Shown here: positions 31,942 to 41,561 of the stretch, in pieces
Layout of the letters: each line of letters opens with the position of its first letter
How positions within the stretch are numbered: position 1 is the stretch's first letter
Position numbers and translations under genes: made by a program
The notes under the pieces: model-generated
Databases searched by the model: none
The model's input: the letters and a program-made list of their open reading frames with translations, nothing else
Told to the model about the DNA's origin: nothing
Assembly (NCBI GenBank): GCA_050298595.1
Contig: JBNKUM010000062.1
Coordinates: 32,001-96,000 of the forward strand
Reading direction: 5' to 3'
Origin: Gammaproteobacteria bacterium
GTDB taxonomy: Bacteria; Pseudomonadota; Gammaproteobacteria; GCA-001735895
Length of the DNA stretch: 64,000 nucleotides

Positions 31942-32445
31942 ATGAAATGCCCTTTTTGCGGCACACCGGATACCCGTGTAGTCGACTCGCGCCTGGCGCA
32001 TGAATCCAACCAGGTTAGAAGACGACGCGAATGTGTTTCCTGTGAAGCGCGCTTTACCACCTATGAATCACCCATGTTGAATATGCCTATGGTGATCAAG
32101 AATGATGGCAGCCGCGATACCTTTGATGAGCAAAGAGTGCGTAATGGTATGCTGCGCGCGCTGGAAAAACGTCCGGTTTCAGCAGAACAGATTGAAGATG
32201 CGATGAGCCATATTAAACGACAGCTTGCGGCTCTTGATGCCCGAGAAATCGCTTCGCGCAAGATTGGTGAGCTGGTTATGCATGAATTACAGGCACTGGA
32301 TCATGTCGCCTATATCCGATTTGCTTCGGTATATTTAAGCTTCGAGGACATTACTGCATTTGAAGAAGTGATACAAAGACTGGCTGCTGAGCCAACACCG
32401 GAGATGCAAAAGCGCCAGGTTCCGTTAATCGACGATAGCGATTAA
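31942..32445 (+). CDS. nrdR: Transcriptional repressor NrdR
   Basis: MKCPFC, VRRRRECVSC, RFTTYE, ATP cone, VAYIRFASVY. Confidence 0.98.
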   Translation: MKCPFCGTPDTRVVDSRLAHESNQVRRRRECVSCEARFTTYESPMLNMPMVIKNDGSRDTFDEQRVRNGMLRALEKRPVSAEQIEDAMSHIKRQLAALDAREIASRKIGELVMHELQALDHVAYIRFASVYLSFEDITAFEEVIQRLAAEPTPEMQKRQVPLIDDSD

Positions 32446-32451
32446 TAATTC

Positions 32452-33579
32452 ATGGCTCAAAAATACCCACATGAATACTGGATGGCTAAAGCGATTCAGC
32501 AAGCTGAAAAAGGGCGTTATTCAACGCATCCTAACCCGCGAGTCGGCTGTGTAATCGTTAAAGCTGATCGCTTGGTCGCCAGTGGTTTTCATGAATACGC
32601 CGGTGGTCCGCATGCGGAAATTAATGCGCTGTCACAGCTAAAGGGGCAGGCGCAGGGTTGTACCGTGTATGTGACTCTGGAGCCCTGTTCGCATAGTGGA
32701 AAAACCCCGCCCTGCGCCGAAGCGCTAATCAAAGCACAGCCTGATACTGTTGTGTTAGCTATGCAGGATCCTAATCCCTTAGTGGCTGGAGATGGCATAA
32801 AGCGATTACAACAGGCCGGGATTGAGGTCATATCTGGGGTGATGCAGCAACAGGCTATGCAGCTTAATCGAGGTTTTATCAAGCGCATGCTGCACCAGCG
32901 ACCCTGGCTACGAGTTAAGATGGCCTCTAGTCTGGACGGCAGAACAGCCCTGTCCAATGGGGTTAGTCAGTGGATTACGGGAGCTGAGGCCCGCAAAGAT
33001 GTACAACTGCTGCGCGCTCAAAGTTCGGCAATTTTATCTACTGCTGAAACCGTCGTAGCTGATGATGCCTCACTTAATGTACGTCTGGATAAACAATCGT
33101 TAAAGCAGGATATTGATGTCAGACAACCAGTCCGCGTTATTCTTGATACCGGGTTGAGCTTAACCGGTAAAGAAAGACTGTTTGCGATCCAGTCACCCAT
33201 CTGGGTAATTACCACTCAGCGCAACCAGTCTGAGCGTTTTATTAAATATCCTCATGTGCGGGTATTTGAGATTATTGAAGATGATCAGGGAAGGATTAAT
33301 TTACCCGTATTGATGGGAGTACTGGCTCAGCATGAAATTAATGAGATCCATACGGAATGCGGGGCTGCTCTGGCTGGTGCATTGTTTAAGCAAGGATTGG
33401 TCGATGAATTGATTTTATATATGGCACCCAGTCTACTGGGAAATAGGTCCCGGGGACTGTTTGATCTGGATGAAATCAGCATCATGTCGGACAAATTGAA
33501 ATTACACATTCAGGATGTACGCCAGATTGGCGATGACATCAAAATAACCGCAATTCCGGAGAGCTTATGTCTACCATAG
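32452..33579 (+). CDS. ribD: Riboflavin biosynthesis deaminase/reductase
   Basis: PNPRVGC, HAE, LEPCSHSGKTPPC, SLDGRTA, SQWITG. Confidence 0.97.
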   Translation: MAQKYPHEYWMAKAIQQAEKGRYSTHPNPRVGCVIVKADRLVASGFHEYAGGPHAEINALSQLKGQAQGCTVYVTLEPCSHSGKTPPCAEALIKAQPDTVVLAMQDPNPLVAGDGIKRLQQAGIEVISGVMQQQAMQLNRGFIKRMLHQRPWLRVKMASSLDGRTALSNGVSQWITGAEARKDVQLLRAQSSAILSTAETVVADDASLNVRLDKQSLKQDIDVRQPVRVILDTGLSLTGKERLFAIQSPIWVITTQRNQSERFIKYPHVRVFEIIEDDQGRINLPVLMGVLAQHEINEIHTECGAALAGALFKQGLVDELILYMAPSLLGNRSRGLFDLDEISIMSDKLKLHIQDVRQIGDDIKITAIPESLCLP

Positions 33580-34139
33580 TCGTGGCGCAGAAAAACAATA
33601 CTGTCTGTATCGCAGCAGACAGCTTAACCAGCTTTGGTGATACCAAACAATCTGCCGAGTTTGTTGCTGACTCTAGCAAGATTATCCAGTTTGGAGATTT
33701 TTATCTGGGTGTTGTGGGCAGTGCGGCGCATCAGCTGGTACTCAAATCCTTACTGCTGCATCATGCTGATAAGATTGATTTCAGCAGTCAGATGGCGATA
33801 TTTGAAAGCCTTAAAAATATTCACCCGGTACTTAAGGAGGAATATTTTCTAAATAGTAAGGATGAGGATGAAGATGCCTATGAAACCTCGCGCATTGATG
33901 CCTTATTGATCAACCCTCAGGGTATGTTTGGTATCTACTCTCTACGTGAAGTTGATCAATACACAAAATTCTGGGCGGTGGGATCAGGTGCTGAATATGC
34001 ACTGGGTGCGATGTATGCAATCTATGAACACAGCGATACGGCTGAGCAGGTAGCTAAAGCAGGTGTTATGGCAGGGGCAACATTTGATAATGCCTCGGCT
34101 TTACCCATGCAAAGCCTTACGCTCAATTTGAAAAATTAA
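33567..34139 (+). CDS. Proteasome-beta/HslV-fold Ntn hydrolase (BPH-like) with N-terminal Ser-Thr
   Basis: MSTIVVAQK, IAADSLTSFG, SSKI, AVGSGAEYALGAM. Confidence 0.8.
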   Translation: MSTIVVAQKNNTVCIAADSLTSFGDTKQSAEFVADSSKIIQFGDFYLGVVGSAAHQLVLKSLLLHHADKIDFSSQMAIFESLKNIHPVLKEEYFLNSKDEDEDAYETSRIDALLINPQGMFGIYSLREVDQYTKFWAVGSGAEYALGAMYAIYEHSDTAEQVAKAGVMAGATFDNASALPMQSLTLNLKN

Positions 34140-34157
34140 ATCTTAAGCGAGTCCAAT

Positions 34158-34814
34158 ATGTTTACAGGAATTATTCAGGCCATTGGTAGCATTCAGGCGA
34201 TACAACAGAAAGGGGGAGATGTTCGTTTAACATTAGATGCAAACGGACTGGTTCTTAATGATTCTGATCTGGGTGACAGTATTGCAGTCAATGGTGTATG
34301 CCTTACTGCAGTGGAATATACCGACAACGGGTTTAGTGCAGACGTATCACGCGAGACCTTGAATCTAACCAGTCTTGGCTTTCTTAAGCAGGGAAGTCGT
34401 GTCAATCTGGAAAAAGCACTTACCCTGAACACGGCTCTGGGTGGCCATATCGTCAGTGGGCATGTGGATGGGCAGGGTACTCTGGTCAGTGAACGCAATG
34501 ATGGCCGATCAATCCGCTATGAATTTACTGTACCGCAGAACCTTGCGCACTATATTGCCGAAAAAGGTTCGATAACCATCGATGGAACCAGCCTGACCGT
34601 TAACCATGTCGATAATAATCGCTTCGGGGTCAATATCGTGCCCCATACTCGTGATAACACCGTATTTCAATTTTATGAAATCAATACGCAGGTCAACATA
34701 GAAGTTGATATAATCGCGCGCTACCTGGAACGCCTGCTTACCGGCCAATCATCGGAGCAGAGCGATAATCAATTACTGGCAAAGCTGGCAGAGTCAGGAT
34801 TTATCAAGTCCTGA
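34158..34814 (+). CDS. ribE: Riboflavin synthase (alpha chain; ribC in E. coli nomenclature)
   Basis: MFTGII start; GDSIAVNGVCLT, VNLEKA, GGHIVSGHVDG, KGSITIDGTSLT. Confidence 0.97.
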   Translation: MFTGIIQAIGSIQAIQQKGGDVRLTLDANGLVLNDSDLGDSIAVNGVCLTAVEYTDNGFSADVSRETLNLTSLGFLKQGSRVNLEKALTLNTALGGHIVSGHVDGQGTLVSERNDGRSIRYEFTVPQNLAHYIAEKGSITIDGTSLTVNHVDNNRFGVNIVPHTRDNTVFQFYEINTQVNIEVDIIARYLERLLTGQSSEQSDNQLLAKLAESGFIKS

Positions 34815-34839
34815 GTGGACAACAGAGAAATAGATAAGA

Positions 34840-35940
34840 ATGGCATTAAGTTCAACTGAAGAAATTATTGAAGATATCAAGGCAGGCAAGATGGTCATCA
34901 TTATTGATGATGAAGACCAGGAAAGTGTAGGTGATTTGCTGATAGCTGCAGAGGCAGTCAAGCCTGATGATATCAATTTTATGGCGCGTTATGCTCGCGG
35001 TTTGATATGTTTAACCCTGTCTCAGCAACGCTGCCAGCAATTACGCCTACCCTTGATGGTTAGTGATAATACCCAGGCCACAGAAACTCATTTTACGGTT
35101 TCCGTAGAAGCTGCCGAAGGCGTAACTACTGGGATATCCGCAGCTGACCGTGCAGTCACTGTACAGGCCGCTGTAAAAGCCGATGCATCTCCAGCCGATC
35201 TTGTCCAGCCAGGGCATGTATTCCCAGTTATGGCACGCAGCGGTGGGGTGCTTGCTCGTGCGGGTCATACAGAAGCGGGTTGTGATCTGGCAGGTCTGGC
35301 CGGATTTGAGCCGGCATCGGTTATAGTGAAAATTCTTAATGAAGATGGCGGCATGGCCAAATGCCCTGATTTGTTAAAGTTTGCCAAACAGCATGGTCTG
35401 AAAATTGGAGCTATAGCGGATCTGATCCGTTATCGCATAGAAAACGAAAAAACGCTGGAACGCATCGTTGAAACTCACTTCCCCACCGATTTTGGTGATT
35501 TTAGATTAGTGGCTTATGAAGATGCCATCGATCAGGAATTGCATCTGGCTCTGGTTAAGGGCGAGGTTAAGCCTGATGACATCACCCCGGTACGGGTTCA
35601 TGTGCAGAATACGCTGTATGATTCCCTGTATGGAACCGTTGGTCGAGGCTGGCCTCTGAGCAATGTGATGCAAAAGATCAATGAATTAGGCCATGGCGTC
35701 ATCGTTTTTTTACGGCAGTCAGAAACCCCACGACAGATGGTGCAAAATATTGAAGCCGTTATTCGTGAAGAGCAGGGCAGGCAGGATGAAACTATTGGTG
35801 ATGATTTGCGTACCTACGGTATCGGTGCGCAAATTCTGGCTGACCTGGGCGTGCATAAGATGCAGCTGTTATCTGCGCCGAAAAAATTTCATGCATTGGC
35901 CGGATTTGGACTCGAAGTTGTAGAGTATATTTCCGACTAA
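34840..35940 (+). CDS. ribBA: RibB-RibA (RibBX-type) fusion; DHBP synthase active site degenerate and GTP cyclohydrolase II domain lacks the Zn cysteines
   Basis: [34 protein letters not shown] present; RENEGD reads QESVGD; C-terminal [14 protein letters not shown] with no CX10CXC. Confidence 0.85.
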   Translation: MALSSTEEIIEDIKAGKMVIIIDDEDQESVGDLLIAAEAVKPDDINFMARYARGLICLTLSQQRCQQLRLPLMVSDNTQATETHFTVSVEAAEGVTTGISAADRAVTVQAAVKADASPADLVQPGHVFPVMARSGGVLARAGHTEAGCDLAGLAGFEPASVIVKILNEDGGMAKCPDLLKFAKQHGLKIGAIADLIRYRIENEKTLERIVETHFPTDFGDFRLVAYEDAIDQELHLALVKGEVKPDDITPVRVHVQNTLYDSLYGTVGRGWPLSNVMQKINELGHGVIVFLRQSETPRQMVQNIEAVIREEQGRQDETIGDDLRTYGIGAQILADLGVHKMQLLSAPKKFHALAGFGLEVVEYISD

Positions 35941-35978
35941 ATGTAAAACCGCTGAATTATTTAAAAAGAGATACAAAA

Positions 35979-36455
35979 ATGACTCAAATTAAAACCATTA
36001 ACGGTGATATCAGTGTTAGTAACGCTAAAATTGCCATCGTTGTCGGCCGCTTCAATGGCTTTATCGTAGACAGTTTACTGACTGGCGCACTGGATACCCT
36101 GAATCGTTCAGGTATTACCGCTTCTGATATTACTGTCAGCCATGTACCTGGTGCATTTGAAATGCCTCTAGTTATTCAAAAGTACGCCGAAAGCGGTCAA
36201 TTTGATGCCATCATCGGATTAGGCGCTGTAATCCGTGGCTCAACACCACATTTTGATTTTGTTGCGGGTGAGAATGCCAAGGCCCTGGCGAGTCTTGCAC
36301 TCAAATTTAATCTACCGGTTATCAACGGTGTGTTGACAACCGATACCATCGAACAGGCTATAGAACGCGCTGGTACCAAGGCTGGTAATAAGGGTGCAGA
36401 AGCTGCAATGGCGGCTATGGAAATGATCAGTCTACTTAGTAAAATCGGCGCATAA
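35979..36455 (+). CDS. ribH: 6,7-dimethyl-8-ribityllumazine synthase
   Basis: [38 protein letters not shown]. Confidence 0.98.
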   Translation: MTQIKTINGDISVSNAKIAIVVGRFNGFIVDSLLTGALDTLNRSGITASDITVSHVPGAFEMPLVIQKYAESGQFDAIIGLGAVIRGSTPHFDFVAGENAKALASLALKFNLPVINGVLTTDTIEQAIERAGTKAGNKGAEAAMAAMEMISLLSKIGA

Positions 36456-36460
36456 AGCTT

Positions 36461-36934
36461 ATGTCAAATTCAAACACGCCCGAACAACAGGAGCGGGCGC
36501 GTGCCATAAAAAAGCGCAAGCATGCACGAGACAAGGTACTTCAGGCTTTATATCAATGGCAATTATCTGGCGAAGACCTGGACTGGATTCGTGATATGTA
36601 TTTGCAGGAGCAGGGGGTTTCATCTGGTGATGAAGCCTATTTTCTTGAACTGCTGTACAAGATCCCTTCTGCTGTGACTGAACTGGATGCGCTTTATAGC
36701 GAATATATTACGCAATTCAAGGATCATGTTGATCCGATAGAAGTCAATATCCTGCGTATTGCTACCTACGAATTCCAGCAACACCTGGAAATTCCCTACA
36801 AGGTGGTGATTAACGAAGCAATCAATCTGGCTAAAACCTATGGCGCGGATGACAGCCACAAGTTTATCAATGGTGTGCTTGATCCGTTGGCTCAGCAAAT
36901 GCGCTCGCTGGAAACTCAGGCTGACAGATCCTGA
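36461..36934 (+). CDS. nusB: Transcription antitermination factor NusB
   Basis: ARDKVLQALYQW, ILRIATYE, IPYKVVINEAINLAKTYG, KFINGVLD. Confidence 0.97.
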   Translation: MSNSNTPEQQERARAIKKRKHARDKVLQALYQWQLSGEDLDWIRDMYLQEQGVSSGDEAYFLELLYKIPSAVTELDALYSEYITQFKDHVDPIEVNILRIATYEFQQHLEIPYKVVINEAINLAKTYGADDSHKFINGVLDPLAQQMRSLETQADRS

Positions 36935-36946
36935 CAGGAATAAGCG

Positions 36947-37909
36947 ATGGCGGAGGGAGAGTTTTCACTGATACAGCAGTATTTTGCTCATCCGTCTGCG
37001 CATACCATCCATGATTCAGTGTTATTGGGGATAGGTGATGATGCTGCTGTTCTGCAGATCCCCGACAACCGCCTGCTGGTCCAGACTATGGATACATTAA
37101 TCGCTGGCAGGCATTTCCCAGAATCAACCTCTGCCCGCGATATTGCCTACAAGAGCCTGGCAGTAAATGTTAGCGACCTTGCTGCGATGGCAGCGACACC
37201 CTGGTGTTATCTATTATCTTTGACCCTGCCAGAGATTAATCATGATTTTTTGAGCGAGTTCTCGAGTTCTTTATTTAATGCTTCGGCAGAATTTGGAATT
37301 CAGCTTATCGGTGGTGATACCTGTAAAGGTCCGCTCTCTATATCTATCCAGGCCAGTGGTCACGTAGCTACTGATGGCTTTGTGACTCGTAAGGGGGCCA
37401 GGGTAGGTGACAGGGTGCTGTTAAGTGGGCATATTGGCTCTGCTGCCTTAGGGCTGTCCTCTCTGCTCGATCAATGCGAGTTGGATTCGGATACTCAGGA
37501 TGAATGTTTACAGGCGTTAAATAGGCCTGTGCCCCGTGTCGATTTGATTCCTTTACTTGGACGTTATGCGACTTCGGCTATCGATATATCTGATGGTCTT
37601 GCCAGTGACCTGGGGCATATTCTGCAGCAAAGTGGGGTTGGTGCCTTGATACAGCAGAATGCTTTACCCGTTCCGGAGTGGATACGAAACCACAATGAGT
37701 ATCAATATGCACTTGGGGGAGGGGATGATTATCAGATTGTCTTCACGGTTTCACCGTCGCACTATGATGAGTTTATCGATGAGGTGAGCAAGCAAAACCT
37801 GGATATCACAGAAATCGGAGAGATTACCGGGCAGGGCTACTGGCTGCAAACTCCATCTGAACAGATCGATTTAATGCAATATCAGGGGTTCAATCACTTT
37901 GTCGAATAA
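36947..37909 (+). CDS. thiL: Thiamine-monophosphate kinase
   Basis: EFSLI, GIGDDAA, NVSDLAAM, LIGGDT, IDISDGL, GGDDY. Confidence 0.96.
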   Translation: MAEGEFSLIQQYFAHPSAHTIHDSVLLGIGDDAAVLQIPDNRLLVQTMDTLIAGRHFPESTSARDIAYKSLAVNVSDLAAMAATPWCYLLSLTLPEINHDFLSEFSSSLFNASAEFGIQLIGGDTCKGPLSISIQASGHVATDGFVTRKGARVGDRVLLSGHIGSAALGLSSLLDQCELDSDTQDECLQALNRPVPRVDLIPLLGRYATSAIDISDGLASDLGHILQQSGVGALIQQNALPVPEWIRNHNEYQYALGGGDDYQIVFTVSPSHYDEFIDEVSKQNLDITEIGEITGQGYWLQTPSEQIDLMQYQGFNHFVE

Positions 37910-38378
37910 AAAAATACCGATAAGTTATCTTAAAAACCCGTTGCATTTTCTATCTCTGGGATTTGGCAGTGGTCTAGCACCTTTTGCCCCCGGAACCTTT
38001 GGGACGCTGGTCGCTATTCCACTCTACTGGTGGGCGAGTCAGCTCTCGTTGATCGCATTTCTTGTTACTATCTTGCTGGGTTTTGCTGTGGGTGTCTATC
38101 TATGCGGGTATACCTCAAAAGCACTCGGTGTACATGATCATTCGGGCATAGTGTGGGACGAGATAGTCGGCTATTTCATCACCATGATTGCTGTGCCGTT
38201 AGACTGGCGCTGGATGCTGGCGGGCTTTGTGCTGTTCAGGCTATTCGATATCGTCAAACCCTGGCCTATACGTTGGGTGGATAAACATTTTCAGGGTGGT
38301 TTTGGCATTATGTTTGATGATGTACTGGCGGGTATTTTTGCGCTGCTTGGGCTACACTTTTTAATCTACCTGATTTAA
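37899..38378 (+). CDS. pgpA: Phosphatidylglycerophosphatase A
   Basis: GFGSGLAPFAPGTFGT, HDHSGIVWDE, FRLFDIVKPWPI, GIMFDDVLAG. Confidence 0.96.
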   Translation: MSNKKIPISYLKNPLHFLSLGFGSGLAPFAPGTFGTLVAIPLYWWASQLSLIAFLVTILLGFAVGVYLCGYTSKALGVHDHSGIVWDEIVGYFITMIAVPLDWRWMLAGFVLFRLFDIVKPWPIRWVDKHFQGGFGIMFDDVLAGIFALLGLHFLIYLI

Positions 38379-38386
38379 TACTTGTC

Positions 38387-39031
38387 ATGAAAACAATAAT
38401 TTGCCTATCACTTCTTGTTTATTCATTGATAAACCCGGCTATGGCACAGCAAGATTCGGTGAAAGTGATAGCTCTTTTCAATAATAAAGCGTTACTAATG
38501 GTTAATGGGGAGCAAAAGTTGGTACGTAAGGGAGAAGTTTTCAATGGCATAAAGCTGATTTCATCTACCGCTAGAGGCGCTCTGGTCGGTTTTTCGGATG
38601 GCCAGCAAAAGATGCTGAATATTAATCAATCCATCAGTCATGGATACAGCAAGCGCGATAAAAGTAAGGTAACTGTTTACGCCAACCAATCTGGCATGTT
38701 TATGGTACAGGGGAAAATCAATGGACAGACGACAAATTTTCTACTGGATACCGGTGCTACTACTGTGGCCATCAGTCAAACCGAGGCTGATAGACTCGGC
38801 CTGGCTTACGAATCATCAAAGCGTAAATATGTCAGAACCGCCAGCGAGGTTGTCCCAGTGTGGGATATCAAACTTGATCACATTACCGTGGGTGATATCA
38901 GTGTCACTAATGTAGATGCGGTTGTACTTGAAGGTTCGCAACCCAATAATCCGCTGCTGGGGATGTCTTTTCTACAGCATTTAAAGCTAAATAGAAATGG
39001 CGCAGTTATGACGCTGGAACAAAAATACTAG
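38387..39031 (+). CDS. Secreted clan AA (retropepsin-like) aspartic protease
   Basis: Signal peptide; FLLDTGAT and LLGMSFL motifs. Confidence 0.9.
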   Translation: MKTIICLSLLVYSLINPAMAQQDSVKVIALFNNKALLMVNGEQKLVRKGEVFNGIKLISSTARGALVGFSDGQQKMLNINQSISHGYSKRDKSKVTVYANQSGMFMVQGKINGQTTNFLLDTGATTVAISQTEADRLGLAYESSKRKYVRTASEVVPVWDIKLDHITVGDISVTNVDAVVLEGSQPNNPLLGMSFLQHLKLNRNGAVMTLEQKY

Positions 39032-39163
39032 TCAATATGACTCCATCTTTTTGAGTTAAAATCGGTTGCTTATATTCCTTGTAAAAATGCAATCTCCAGC
39101 TTCTATCCAGTTACGGTTTTGATAGAATAGCTCGCTTTTCCTATTTAGCCCTGAGTATTCAAC

Positions 39164-40564
39164 ATGATAAGAACACGTTTTGCCCCTAGTCCTACCGGTT
39201 ACCTTCATATTGGCGGTGCCAGAACTGCGTTGTTCTGCTGGTTATTCAGTAAGAAAATGGGCGGTAAGTTAATCCTTAGAATTGAAGATACAGACCTTGA
39301 ACGCTCTACGGAAGCTTCGGTTCAGGCGATACTGCAGGCGATGGACTGGCTTGATCTGGATTATGATGAGGGGCCTTTTTATCAGACTCATCGTTTTGAT
39401 CGCTATGCTGAAGTCATCCAGCAACTGCTTGATGGTGGACAGGCGTATTATTGTTCCTGCTCAAAGCAGCGCCTGGAAGATTTACGCGCTGAGCAAATGG
39501 CGAATAAGCAAAAACCCCGCTACGATGGCTGTTGCCGTGATAAGGGCCTGGCTGCCGCCGAAAACCATGTCATCCGGTTTAAAAATCCGCAATCCGGTAG
39601 TGTGGTTATCAAGGATCTGGTAAAAGGGGACATTGAAGTGAATAATCAGGAGCTGGATGATCTGATTATTGCTCGTTCAGATGGTTCGCCAACCTATAAT
39701 CTTACCGTAGTGGTAGACGATCTTGATATGAAGGTTACCCATGTTATTCGTGGAGATGATCATGTTAATAACACTCCTAGACAGATCAATATCTTCAAGG
39801 CGCTAGGTGCAGAGCTACCTCAATTCGCACATGTGCCCATGATACTTGGTGGAGATGGTAAAAGATTATCCAAGCGACATGGTGCAGTAAGTGTTATGCA
39901 GTACTATGAAGATGGTTATCTTCCCGAAGCATTACTCAATTATCTTGTTCGTTTAGGGTGGTCACATGGAGATCAAGAGGTATTTACTCGTGAAGAGATG
40001 ATTGAGCATTTCTCTCTTGAGGGTATTAATCGAGCAGCAGGAACCTTTAACCCTGAAAAACTGCAATGGATGAATCAACAGTATCTCAAATCAAGTGATC
40101 TTCAGTATATTGTTTCCCTTGTGGTTGAAAAACTGAAAAAGTTAGGCGTCAACGTTGATCCCGCTCAGGATATTTCATCAATTGTAGATTTGTACCGCGA
40201 GCGATCTAAAACCCTGAATGAACTTGCAGAAGGAATTCTATATTTCTTTCAGGACTTTACAGAGTATGATGTTAAGGCTGCTAAAAAGAATCTGAAACAG
40301 GCAGCACTGGAACCTTTGAGCCTGTTACTGCAACAACTTGCAGAGTTATCAGAATGGACTGCTCCATCAATACACCAGGTTGTAGCAAATGTGACAGAGC
40401 AACTGGACGTTAATATGGGCAAGGTAGGTCAACCATTACGGGTTGCTGTTACCGGGGGATCGTTCTCCCCACCGATTGATCAGACCGTGGAATTTATTGG
40501 CCAGAGAAACACTCTTAACAGAATTCAGCAGGCGATTGATTTTATTCGGCAAAATAATGAGTAG
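39164..40564 (+). CDS. gltX: Glutamate--tRNA ligase
   Basis: [38 protein letters not shown]. Confidence 0.99.
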   Translation: MIRTRFAPSPTGYLHIGGARTALFCWLFSKKMGGKLILRIEDTDLERSTEASVQAILQAMDWLDLDYDEGPFYQTHRFDRYAEVIQQLLDGGQAYYCSCSKQRLEDLRAEQMANKQKPRYDGCCRDKGLAAAENHVIRFKNPQSGSVVIKDLVKGDIEVNNQELDDLIIARSDGSPTYNLTVVVDDLDMKVTHVIRGDDHVNNTPRQINIFKALGAELPQFAHVPMILGGDGKRLSKRHGAVSVMQYYEDGYLPEALLNYLVRLGWSHGDQEVFTREEMIEHFSLEGINRAAGTFNPEKLQWMNQQYLKSSDLQYIVSLVVEKLKKLGVNVDPAQDISSIVDLYRERSKTLNELAEGILYFFQDFTEYDVKAAKKNLKQAALEPLSLLLQQLAELSEWTAPSIHQVVANVTEQLDVNMGKVGQPLRVAVTGGSFSPPIDQTVEFIGQRNTLNRIQQAIDFIRQNNE

Positions 40565-40639
40565 TATACGTTAAAATTATTCACAAAAAATGCTATAACA
40601 ACTTAACTAAAAAAAATATCGGGTACAGGAATCAGCCGA

Positions 40640-41545
40640 ATGTCGCGAAAGCCACTTCAATGTGTTGTCATGTTTGCAGATGTAGCTGGAAGCACTGCAA
40701 TCTATGAAAATCTAGGCGATGTCGAAGCTCGAGATAGAATCTCAAAGGCATTGAATATGCTCATTTCTATTTGTACACGTCACAAAGGTGTTCTAGTAAA
40801 AACCATCGGTGATGAGATTCTGGTTTATTTCCATGATGTAGATCTTTCAATTCTGGCTGCGGCAGCTATCCAGGAAACCATGGAAGATCATCGCTCTCCT
40901 GAGACAGTAGGTCTTTCTATTCGTATCGGTATGCACTATGGCTCTGTTATCTATGAGGATAACGATATATTTGGTGATACGGTAAACGTGGCAGCTCGTG
41001 TAGTCGCAATGACTAAAGCACGACAAATTTTATTTACCAGTGAGCTGGCTAACCGCATTAGTTCACCCGAATTGAGTTATAAAACACGTCAATATGATCG
41101 TATTCGGGTTAAAGGTAAGGAAGAGTTACTTGATGTTTACCTTTATTCATGGGAAGAAGAGTCCGATATCACCAATATGGCAACTGCCAGCAATTTCACT
41201 AATCCGTCTAAATTAGATCAGGCTGAGGGTTTAACACTGACGTATGCTGATACAGTTATCAAGCTGGATTATAAAAGCTCTGCTATCAACATCGGCCGGG
41301 GTAAGGATTGCGATTTAATTGTGGGTGGAGATTTGATTTCTCGTTTTCACGCCAGGGTTGAGGTGAGAAGGGGGAAGTTTGTGTTGATCGACCAGAGTAC
41401 CAACGGTACTTATCTGCGAACTCGAGATGGGCAAAACTTCTTTTTGCGCCAGGAAGATCTGACCTTATTTGGTAGTGGAGAGATCAGCCTGGGTAAAAAT
41501 ATTGATAAAGGTCAGGGCAATCTGGTTACCTATAGTTGCGATTAG
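40640..41545 (+). CDS. Class III adenylate cyclase fused to a C-terminal FHA domain
   Basis: FADVAGST, KTIGDE, DIFGDTVNVAAR; FHA motifs IGR, SRFH, STNGT. Confidence 0.92.
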   Translation: MSRKPLQCVVMFADVAGSTAIYENLGDVEARDRISKALNMLISICTRHKGVLVKTIGDEILVYFHDVDLSILAAAAIQETMEDHRSPETVGLSIRIGMHYGSVIYEDNDIFGDTVNVAARVVAMTKARQILFTSELANRISSPELSYKTRQYDRIRVKGKEELLDVYLYSWEEESDITNMATASNFTNPSKLDQAEGLTLTYADTVIKLDYKSSAINIGRGKDCDLIVGGDLISRFHARVEVRRGKFVLIDQSTNGTYLRTRDGQNFFLRQEDLTLFGSGEISLGKNIDKGQGNLVTYSCD

Positions 41546-41561
41546 TTTTTTTATCCTTTAG

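Noticed and set aside
31640-32451. FMN riboswitch ahead of the rib operon
   Set aside because: No RFN consensus (AGGGCGGGGTGAAATTCCC-like) is visible; the operon begins with nrdR
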